DNA of 64,000 nucleotides, from positions 707-64,706 of the forward strand of contig JAXGWO010000014.1 in assembly GCA_040773245.1 (NCBI GenBank). Direction: 5' to 3'. Positions 36,765-44,531 of the stretch are shown in pieces. Position 1 is the first letter of the stretch. Each line of letters begins with the position of its first letter. The DNA is from PVC group bacterium. GTDB lineage: Bacteria > Auribacterota > Erginobacteria > Erginobacterales > Erginobacteraceae. The position numbers were made by a program, and so were the translations under genes. Below the pieces are notes generated by a model. That model was not told where the DNA came from, did no database searches, and worked only from the letters and a program-made list of their open reading frames with translations.

Positions 36765-37411
36765 GTCCGGGCTGGAAGGAGGCTTTCCACCTCCGACGAC
36801 CGGACCAGCCGGATCCCATTCTCCCTGAACACCCGCTTCGTCTCGGCCGCCGACTCCTCGGTCACCCCCCGGCAGGCGTCCTCGATCACGAAGATTTCCA
36901 AGGTGAACTCGAGGGCGTCGAGGGCGCTGTAGCGGACGCAGAAGTCGAACGCCAGCCCGGCGAGGAAGACCCTTCGTACCCCCCGTTCCATCAGGTACCC
37001 CTTCAGCCCCGAGGGATTCCGGTGGTGGTTGTCGTAAAAGACCGAGTAGGAATCCACCACCGGGTCCAGCCCCTTCCGGATGATCGCCTGGAAGTATTCG
37101 GTCCTGATCCCGGGGGCGAACTCGGCCCCTCTCGTCCCCTGGACGCAGTGGACCGGCCAGAGGATCTGCTCCTTCCCGCCCAGGGTCCCCAGATCGTAGG
37201 GGGCAGCCCCGGGGTGCCGGGTATGGAAACTCCCGTGCTCCGCCGGATGCCAGTCCTGGGAGGCGACCACGACGGGGAAGAGCGGCATCAGCCGGTTGAT
37301 GACCGGGATCACCTCCCGAGCCCCCGGGACCGGAAGCTCCGACTCCTCGATGAACCCGTTCTGGATATCCACCACCAGCAGCGCGGCCCGGTTCTCATTC
37401 TCCCGCTTCAC
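36761..37411 (-). CDS. pncA: Nicotinamidase/pyrazinamidase
   Basis: VVDIQNGF, SQDWHP, LWPVHCVQG, RKG...DSYSVF, GLAFDFCV. Confidence 0.92.
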   Translation of the reverse strand: MKRENENRAALLVVDIQNGFIEESELPVPGAREVIPVINRLMPLFPVVVASQDWHPAEHGSFHTRHPGAAPYDLGTLGGKEQILWPVHCVQGTRGAEFAPGIRTEYFQAIIRKGLDPVVDSYSVFYDNHHRNPSGLKGYLMERGVRRVFLAGLAFDFCVRYSALDALEFTLEIFVIEDACRGVTEESAAETKRVFRENGIRLVRSSEVESLLPART

Positions 37412-37475
37412 AGTGATGACAACATATCACAGCTTAGACCTTGAAGACAAGCCGCCGGTGACTGATCCCGAAGGG

Positions 37476-39818
37476 CTATCGCCTTGGGCGGTAGCCGAGG
37501 ATCACGACCAGGGAGGCGAGGTTGACCAGGGAGACGGCCCAGCAGGTGGCGTTCACCCCCAGGATAGGGAGGATCAGGGCGCTGACCGCGACCGCCCCCA
37601 GGCAGGCCCCGAAGAGATCGGCCCCGTAGGTCAATCCGGCCACCAATCCCACCTTCTTCCTCTCTTTCAGGTACATTCTCCCCGCCAGCGGGAGCTGGAA
37701 CCCCCCGACAAACCCGGCCGTCAGGGGAAGCAGCGGGAAGACCAGCCGCTCGCCGAGGGTGAAGACCGCCTCCATCCCCCGGGCCGCGGCCAGGAAGGAG
37801 AAGACCGCCGGGAGAAGCAGCGGGTAGAGGCAGATGGCGATCTGGGTCACCAGTAGAGCCCGATAGTCATTCCGCAGCCGCGGGAAGAGGGCGGTGACCG
37901 CGCCGGCGCCCAGGGCCAGGCCGACCATAAACAGGGTCAGGAGCAGCCCCAGCTTGTAGTAGACGTACCCGTAGAAGATCTGAAAGGCGAGGAGCACCAC
38001 CACCTGGAAGACGATCTCCGAGAACCCCGAGGTGAAGACCGGCCAGAGCACCCACCCGCCCCGCGAACGGGAGACCCGGCGGCGGAAGACGGGGAAGGCA
38101 ATCAGGGCCAGGACCGCCGGAAGACCGAACCACCACCAGCGGATGACCAGCGCCGCCTGGAGGAAACGGATAAACCAACCCCCGGTCTCGCCGGCGAAGT
38201 AGCTCGACCAGAAGACCACGTTAAAGAAGTAGGAGATCGGGTGAAAGTCGCGGTTGATCCGGGCCCGGGGGGCGGTCTCGATCATCCCCCGCAGGTACTC
38301 GATCCGCTCCCGGCTCATCCGGTCGGCCAGGTAGTACCCCCGGACATAACGAAGGTCAAGCGAGCGCTCCCCGACCCGCTCTTCGATAATCCGGTAATCG
38401 TCGGTCAGGTACCCGGGAGAAGCCGCGGCGATGAAGTGGTTGGTCCCGCCGGGGACGATCACCACCGCCGGGAAGATCCCGTCCAGGGTCCGGTAGAGGG
38501 AACCGAGAAAGTTGCGGAGTTCCCCGCTGATGTAATTGGGAGACGAGGTGACCCCGAAGCCGAGCACCCCGCCTTCCCGAAGACGGGAACGGGCGAGGGC
38601 AAAGAACTCCCGGGTGTAGAACCGGTTGATCTGGGCGGTCAGCGGGTCGGGGAGGTTGAGGAGGATCAGGTCGTATTCATTTCCCGAACGCTCCAGGTAG
38701 AGCCGGCCGTCGCCGTAAACGATCTCCACCCGGAGATCGGTCAGGAACCGCCGCTCGCCGGGGGGAAGAAACTCCCCGGCCAGCCGGATGATCGCCGGGT
38801 CGAGTTCCAGGTAGGTGACCTCCTCCACGGAGGGATGGCGGAGGATCTCCCCCAGCCCCCCTCCGGCCCCGCCGCCGATCAGGAGGACCCGGCGAGGTTC
38901 GGGGTGCTGGAGAAGGGCGAAGTGCACCGACTCCTCGGCCGTGCTCTCGTCGGGGTAGGTGAAGACCAGCAGCCCGTTCTCGAAGACGCTGAACTGGTTC
39001 TCCCGGGCGGTGACCGCCAGGTTGCCGTAGATGCTGTTTTCGATCCTCTCCAGTTTAAAACCCCGCCACTGCCACCGGCGGGAGAGACGGTCCAGGGTAT
39101 GGATTTGCCCGGTGAGGAGGGCGGCCAGGGCGAAGACCGCCGCCGGCGGCCAGACCACCTTGAAGAAGCGGGAGCGGCGAGGGGATGGACCGGCCAGGAG
39201 CAGCGCCCCGGAGGCCGCCAGGTTCAAAAAACCCATCAGCGTCAGCATCGGCATCGAGTCGAGAATCCGGATCAGGAGGAGGCTGGTCAGGAGCCCACCC
39301 GCCGTCGAACCGAGGGCTTCAACGATGTAGACCAGGCCCAACCCCCGGGCCGGCCGCAGGGAGGGGTCCGCCGCCTTCCCGGCGGAGATCCGGTCGTAGC
39401 TGCGGCAGCCAAGGGCAAAGAGGAACCCGTTGAGCAGGCAGGTCAGGGAGAGGACCGAGAAGGAGACCAGGAAGATCGAGCCGTAGCCGGTGATCTGTCC
39501 GGGGGCGAGGCCGAGCAGCAACTTGGCCGAGCGGATCGCCGGCAGGGTCAGGACCAGGACAAAGGCCAGCAAGGTCTGGGCGACCGCCAGAACCAGGGCC
39601 GGGGAACGGAATCGGTCGGAGATCCTCCCCAGGCCGAGGCTCCCCAGCCCGGTCCAGAAGAGCCAGCAGCCCAGGATCACCCCCAGGGAAAGCTCGTTAC
39701 CGTAGAAGAGGACCAGCAGTTCCCTCAGGAAGACGATCTGGGCGGAGAAGGCCGAGAACCCGGCCAGGAAGACCGCGAGGAAGACGGGGATGACTCGGTT
39801 GCGAGGGGGAGGGCTCAC
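37476..39818 (-). CDS. Membrane protein: TM domain - spermidine-synthase-like SAM domain - TM domain (fused MFS/spermidine synthase type)
   Basis: SAQIVFLRELLVLFYGNELS, VLLIGGGAGG, ELDPAII, GDGRLYL, NRFYTREF, INRDFHPISY, YGADLFGA. Confidence 0.85.
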   Translation of the reverse strand: MSPPPRNRVIPVFLAVFLAGFSAFSAQIVFLRELLVLFYGNELSLGVILGCWLFWTGLGSLGLGRISDRFRSPALVLAVAQTLLAFVLVLTLPAIRSAKLLLGLAPGQITGYGSIFLVSFSVLSLTCLLNGFLFALGCRSYDRISAGKAADPSLRPARGLGLVYIVEALGSTAGGLLTSLLLIRILDSMPMLTLMGFLNLAASGALLLAGPSPRRSRFFKVVWPPAAVFALAALLTGQIHTLDRLSRRWQWRGFKLERIENSIYGNLAVTARENQFSVFENGLLVFTYPDESTAEESVHFALLQHPEPRRVLLIGGGAGGGLGEILRHPSVEEVTYLELDPAIIRLAGEFLPPGERRFLTDLRVEIVYGDGRLYLERSGNEYDLILLNLPDPLTAQINRFYTREFFALARSRLREGGVLGFGVTSSPNYISGELRNFLGSLYRTLDGIFPAVVIVPGGTNHFIAAASPGYLTDDYRIIEERVGERSLDLRYVRGYYLADRMSRERIEYLRGMIETAPRARINRDFHPISYFFNVVFWSSYFAGETGGWFIRFLQAALVIRWWWFGLPAVLALIAFPVFRRRVSRSRGGWVLWPVFTSGFSEIVFQVVVLLAFQIFYGYVYYKLGLLLTLFMVGLALGAGAVTALFPRLRNDYRALLVTQIAICLYPLLLPAVFSFLAAARGMEAVFTLGERLVFPLLPLTAGFVGGFQLPLAGRMYLKERKKVGLVAGLTYGADLFGACLGAVAVSALILPILGVNATCWAVSLVNLASLVVILGYRPRR

Positions 39819-39831
39819 GGTTACGGAAACT

Positions 39832-39897
39832 CAGTAATCAGTGGGCAGTGGGGAGTAGGGCATTGGCTACTGCCCACTGCCTACTCCCCACTCCCCA
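39832..39897. repeat. Inverted arms built of 7-mers
   Basis: cagtaat cagtggg cagtggg gagtagg / ctactgc ccactgc ctactcc ccactcc; overlaps the aroK stop. Confidence 0.8.
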
Positions 39898-40399
39898 TCA
39901 ACCCGATCACCCGCCCGGCCACTTCCTCAATGCTCAGGTCCGAGGTATCGATCTGACCCGGGATCCGGTCGTAATCAGGGCGGCGGTCTTTCAGCATCCG
40001 TTTGACCGTCTCCTCCCGGCCGGGCCCCTCCAGGAGCGGGCGATGGCTCTCTCCGGCCACTCGCTCCAGGATCACCTCGGGCCGGGCGGTCAGGCAGATC
40101 AGGGTCCCGGACCGGGACAGGTCGCGGATGTTGTCGGGATCGAGAATCACCCCGCCCCCGGTAGCGATGATCCGGCCGCGGCTATCCGCCAGTTCCCGGA
40201 CCAGTTTCCTCTCCAGCTTCCGGAAATACCCCTCCCCGCGCTCGGCGAAGATGCGGCTGATCTCCATCCCTTCCCGCTCCTCGATCAGGGCGTCCATCTC
40301 GACCACCGGCCGGCCCAGCCTCTCCCCGAGGAGGCGGGCGACCGCCGTCTTCCCGGTGCCCATAAAACCGAAGAGGACGATATTCCTCGATTCTTTCAT
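39881..40399 (-). CDS. aroK: Shikimate kinase
   Basis: LFGFMGTGKT, IFAERGEGYFRKLE, ATGGG, HRPLL. Confidence 0.95.
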   Translation of the reverse strand: MKESRNIVLFGFMGTGKTAVARLLGERLGRPVVEMDALIEEREGMEISRIFAERGEGYFRKLERKLVRELADSRGRIIATGGGVILDPDNIRDLSRSGTLICLTARPEVILERVAGESHRPLLEGPGREETVKRMLKDRRPDYDRIPGQIDTSDLSIEEVAGRVIGLMGSGE

Positions 40400-40462
40400 C
40401 TGGTTAAGCCCGGCAACCGGCCGGCCCGGCGGAAACACAACGGCAACCAAAAGGAGTGAGGA

Positions 40463-41575
40463 TCAACCCCGCCCGGCGGCCAGGTAACCGGAGAGATTCC
40501 TTCGGATTTCCTCGACGCTGTCGCCGCCGAACTTCTCCAGGAAGGCCCGGGCCAGCTCCAGGGCGGCCACTGCCCTCCCCACCACCGACGCCGCCGGCAG
40601 GGCGCAGACGTCGGAACGCTCCCGGGCGGCCTCGGCCGGCTTCCCGGTGGCAAGATCGACCGTGGCGAGCGGGCGGGCCAGGGTGGGGATCGGCTTCATC
40701 GCCGCCCGGATCACGATCGGCTCGCCGTTGCTCACCCCGCCCTCGATCCCCCCGGCCCGGTTGGTAGGCCGGCAGATCCCGTCCTCGGTGCAGGCGATCA
40801 CGTCGTGGACCCGGGAGCCCGGTTCGGCGGCGGCGGGGAACCCGGCCCCGATCTCCACCCCCTTGATCGCCGGGATCGACATCAGGGCGGCGGCCAGGCG
40901 TCCGTCGAGACGGGTGTCGCCCTGGGAGTAGCTCCCCAAGCCGACCGGGACGCCGGCGATCTCCACCTGGAAGACTCCGCCCAGGGTATCACCCTTCTCC
41001 CGGGTCCGGTCGATCAGCTCGATCATCCTCTTCTCGGCTTCCGGGTCGGGGCAGTTGAGACGGGAGGCGGCCAGGTTTCTCCTCCTCTCCTCCGGCGTCG
41101 CGTCCCCGGCTGTAATCCCGCCCAGCGCGGTAACCCAGCTTTCCACGACGATCGAGAACTCCCGGAGCAGGATCTGGGCGATCGCCCCCAGGGCCACCCG
41201 CGCGGCCGTCTCCCGGGCGCTGGCCCGTTCGAGGACGTTGCGGAGGTCCCGGTGGCCGAACTTCCTCCCGCCGGCCAGGTCGGCGTGTCCGGGACGGGGC
41301 GCGGTCACGGGGGAAAGCTGATCGATGGTATGGTCCCGGTTGACGATCACCAGGCCCAGGGGCGATCCGATCGTCATCCCGTCCCTCATCCCCGACCAGA
41401 TCTCGGCCCGGTCGGACTCGATCTCCATCCGCCCCCCCCGGCCGTACCCGCCCTGGCGGGCCTTCAGTTCGGCGTCAATGAATTCCTGATCGATTTTCAG
41501 GCCGGCCGGGAGGCCGTCCAGGATGGCCAGCAGCCCCCGCCCGTGCGACTCCCCCGCGGTCAGGTAACGCAGCAT
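40463..41575 (-). CDS. aroC: Chorismate synthase
   Basis: TAGESHG, RQGGYGRGGRM, PRPGHAD, ERASARETA, GDTLGG, MSIPAIKGVE, GGIEGGVSNG, MKPIPTL, ERSDVC. Confidence 0.97.
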   Translation of the reverse strand: MLRYLTAGESHGRGLLAILDGLPAGLKIDQEFIDAELKARQGGYGRGGRMEIESDRAEIWSGMRDGMTIGSPLGLVIVNRDHTIDQLSPVTAPRPGHADLAGGRKFGHRDLRNVLERASARETAARVALGAIAQILLREFSIVVESWVTALGGITAGDATPEERRRNLAASRLNCPDPEAEKRMIELIDRTREKGDTLGGVFQVEIAGVPVGLGSYSQGDTRLDGRLAAALMSIPAIKGVEIGAGFPAAAEPGSRVHDVIACTEDGICRPTNRAGGIEGGVSNGEPIVIRAAMKPIPTLARPLATVDLATGKPAEAARERSDVCALPAASVVGRAVAALELARAFLEKFGGDSVEEIRRNLSGYLAAGRG

Positions 41576-41653
41576 CTCTTTCTCCTCTGTATGCAAATAA
41601 CCTAGATAGACTTTAATCTAACAGACGATTTAATGTGGTTGAAGAGAAATTTA

Positions 41654-41742
41654 ATCGCTATCGGGATCGCTATCGGGATCGCTTCTCCCCCAGGGCAAGC
41701 AAAGGCTTCGATAGCGATACCGATCCCGATAGCGATAGCGAT
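41654..41742. repeat. Inverted arms built of 6-mers (ATCGnn / nnCGAT) around a 25-bp spacer
   Basis: atcgct atcggg atcgct atcggg atcgct (41654-41683); cgatag cgatac cgatcc cgatag cgatag cgat (41709-41742). Confidence 0.9.
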
Positions 41743-42549
41743 TTAAAGATAAAAACCGAGATACCAGGAGATCAGGGTTTGGCCGAAGAAGAGGGCAAGA
41801 AGGGAGCCGATGGCGAGGTAGGGGCCGAAGGGGATTTTCGATCCCCACTCGGCCTTCCTCCCAAGGATCAGGCCGATCCCGACCACCGCGGCAACCAGGG
41901 CGCCGAGGAAGATGGCGAAGAGCGCCATCCCCCACCCCTGCCAGGCTCCCACCGCGGCCATCAGCTTGACGTCTCCCAGCCCCATCGCCTCCTTCCGGAA
42001 GACCGCCTTGCCCAGGATCCCGATCAACCAGAGGCTCCCTCCCCCCACCGCCGCCCCGATCAGGGACCAAAGCAGCGAGGGGCCGATCCCCGGAGGGCCA
42101 AAGCGTCCGGGGGAGAGAACCGCCAAGAGGAGACCGCCCCCCAGCAGGGAGTAGGTGAGAACGTCGGGAAGGATGAAATGCTCGAGATCGATCAGGGCCA
42201 GCACGACCAGGGTGAAGGTGAAATACCAGAAAAACGGGAAGAGGATGACTCTCTCCCCCCGGCTCGCCAGCAGGAGATAAGCGGCGACAAAGAGCAGCCC
42301 CATCAGCAGCTCCACCAGCGGGTAGCGGGCGGAGATCGCCGCTCCGCAGCGGCGGCACCTCCCCCGGAGGAGGATGAAACTCAGCAGCGGGATATTATCC
42401 CAGGGGGCGATCGGTTTCCGGCAGGACGGGCAGTAGGACCGGGGGAGGACGATCGACTTCCCCTGGGGGAGCCGGTAGATGATGACGTTGGCGAAACTCC
42501 CGACCGCCAGGCCGAAGAGAAAGACGATGCTGACCAGGAAAGTTTCCAT
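41743..42549 (-). CDS. pilD: Prepilin peptidase/N-methyltransferase (A24)
   Basis: GSFANVIIYRLP, RSYCPSC, WDNIPLLS, CRRC, IDLEH, GLGDVKL, IPFGPYL. Confidence 0.95.
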   Translation of the reverse strand: METFLVSIVFLFGLAVGSFANVIIYRLPQGKSIVLPRSYCPSCRKPIAPWDNIPLLSFILLRGRCRRCGAAISARYPLVELLMGLLFVAAYLLLASRGERVILFPFFWYFTFTLVVLALIDLEHFILPDVLTYSLLGGGLLLAVLSPGRFGPPGIGPSLLWSLIGAAVGGGSLWLIGILGKAVFRKEAMGLGDVKLMAAVGAWQGWGMALFAIFLGALVAAVVGIGLILGRKAEWGSKIPFGPYLAIGSLLALFFGQTLISWYLGFYL

Positions 42550-43418
42550 TATTTCTCCTTTTCTCTCCGCTCCATCGCCCGGAGGGCGGCCGACCGCATC
42601 ACTTCCACCGGGGCCGGAAGACCGGTCCAGATCGTCCAGGAGAGAGCGGCCTGCTGAACCAGCATCCCCAGACCGTTAATCGCCCTCAGCCCCAGATGCC
42701 GGGCCGCCCGCAGCAGGGGGGTTTCCGGCGGGTTGTAGACCAGGTCAACCACCGCCGCCTTCGGCGACAGGAGAGCGGGATCGAAGGTGACCGGATCGGC
42801 GGGGGCCAGGCCGAGCGGGGTGGCGTCCACCGCCAGGTCGGCGGCGGAGAGAATCGCCCGGCCGGATCTCTTCTCGGGGTAAAAGTGCCCCGCCGCCCCC
42901 GGCCGGACCTCCCGGTTGATCCAGCGGCTCAACTCCTCCGCCCGCTCCCGGTCGAGGTCGGCGATCTCCACCCGGGCCCCCTTCAGCGCCGCCGAGACGG
43001 CGACCGCCCGGCCGGCCCCGCCGGCCCCGAAGACCGCCACCGTCTTCCCGGCGAAATTGAAGTACAGCCCTTCCTCCACCGACTGGATGAAACCCGGCCC
43101 GTCGGTGTTGAAACCGGAGGCCTCGCCGCTCTGGAAGAGGACGGTGTTGACCGCGCCGATCAGCCGGGCCCGGTCCTCGATCCGGTCGAGCAGTTTGGTC
43201 ACCGCCACCTTGTGGGGTATGGTGATGTTCAGCCCCCTCCCCCCTCGGGCCGCAAAATCCCGGAAGGCGGCCGGCAGCTCCTCCGGCCGGACCGGGTAGG
43301 ACCGGTACTCCCAGTCCAGCCCGGCGGCAGTGAAGGCCGAGTTATGGATCTCCGGCGAGATCGAGTGCCCGACCGGCCACCCGAAAATCCCACATTGCAT
43401 AATCTTGTCTCCCGGCAT
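42549..43418 (-). CDS. aroE: Shikimate dehydrogenase
   Basis: GWPVGHSISP, NITIPHK, GAVNT, NTDGPG, GAGGAGRA, DLVYNPPET, GLGMLVQQA. Start may be 43400. Confidence 0.95.
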   Translation of the reverse strand: MPGDKIMQCGIFGWPVGHSISPEIHNSAFTAAGLDWEYRSYPVRPEELPAAFRDFAARGGRGLNITIPHKVAVTKLLDRIEDRARLIGAVNTVLFQSGEASGFNTDGPGFIQSVEEGLYFNFAGKTVAVFGAGGAGRAVAVSAALKGARVEIADLDRERAEELSRWINREVRPGAAGHFYPEKRSGRAILSAADLAVDATPLGLAPADPVTFDPALLSPKAAVVDLVYNPPETPLLRAARHLGLRAINGLGMLVQQAALSWTIWTGLPAPVEVMRSAALRAMERREKEK

Positions 43419-43467
43419 TGTCAGAACCCTCCAATCAAAAGTTTTCTCTGCGCGGCCTGCCCGCAAG

Positions 43468-44322
43468 CTATTGGTGTTTATGGTATTGCGACAAGGTGGT
43501 GCGAAATTCACCACTCTGGACCAGGCGATGGAGAAGGGTGACCAGCTCCTTGAACCGGGTCAGGTTGGTGTAGTCCAGGGTGCACTTGCTCTTCTGGACC
43601 AGGTCGGCGATGGTGATCTCGCTGCCGAGGAGCGGCTGGATTTCCGGGTCCCCTTCCGCCACCTGGATCAGGAGCTCTCGGTCGCCGCTCAGCCAGCGCT
43701 CGTCGAGCCGGTTGGCCAGGGCCCGGGTCTCGGGGGATTTCAGCCGGTCCTTGACGATGGCGTGATAGAGCTTGAGCATCGCCGGGCGGTCGGGCAGGGA
43801 GTAGAAATACTGGAGGTGGGCCTGCTTCAGCTCTCCGCTTTCGAAAGCCTCGATAATCTCCCGGGGGAACTTCTCGAAGATGCCGATCGAGCGAACGATC
43901 GAGGTGTGGGACTTCCCCGCCAGCGCGGCCAGCTCCCGGTAGCTCTTGAAGTGACCGGTCTCCCAGGCCAGCTTGTAGCCCTTGGCCTTCTCGAACGGAG
44001 TGAGATCCTGCCGGTTCTCGTTGATCACCACCTGGCGGATGACCGCCTCCCGGGCGGTCATCTCCTCCACGAGCGCCGGGATGGCGATCCACTTCTGACC
44101 CTCCCGGTCGTAAAGGGACCGGAAGGCGGCCAGGCGGCGCTCCCCGTCGACCAGCTCGTACTTCCCCTCCCCCGCCGGCCGGACGATGACCCGGACCAGG
44201 AGACCGTAAGAGAGAATCGACTCGGTCAGTTTCCCGATCGACCGGGGACCGTAACTCTGTACCCGGATGTGGTCCTTCGGAACGCTAATCGCGTTGAGGG
44301 GGATATCCTTGAGGATCGCCAT
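43468..44322 (-). CDS. ParB/Spo0J-family protein (no adjacent parA)
   Basis: LTESILSYGLL, ELVDGERRL, NENRQDLTPFEKA, HTH YRELAALAGKSHTSIVRS; RBS GGGAGG. Confidence 0.88.
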   Translation of the reverse strand: MAILKDIPLNAISVPKDHIRVQSYGPRSIGKLTESILSYGLLVRVIVRPAGEGKYELVDGERRLAAFRSLYDREGQKWIAIPALVEEMTAREAVIRQVVINENRQDLTPFEKAKGYKLAWETGHFKSYRELAALAGKSHTSIVRSIGIFEKFPREIIEAFESGELKQAHLQYFYSLPDRPAMLKLYHAIVKDRLKSPETRALANRLDERWLSGDRELLIQVAEGDPEIQPLLGSEITIADLVQKSKCTLDYTNLTRFKELVTLLHRLVQSGEFRTTLSQYHKHQ

Positions 44323-44531
44323 CGCCAGCCTCCCGGGCAATAGATTAACGGCGGAGGAATATCTGTTGCCTAATTAATTGGCTCCGATAACATAATAAGC
44401 CTTGGCAACGGTCTTGTATACCGTAATTGGATATCTTTAAGGATATCTTGAGAATTATCTGATTCCATTCAGGTGATTTTCAACGCAGCAGATTCGAGAC
44501 GCGGGGCTAATAGACAGTCGGTTAATATTCA

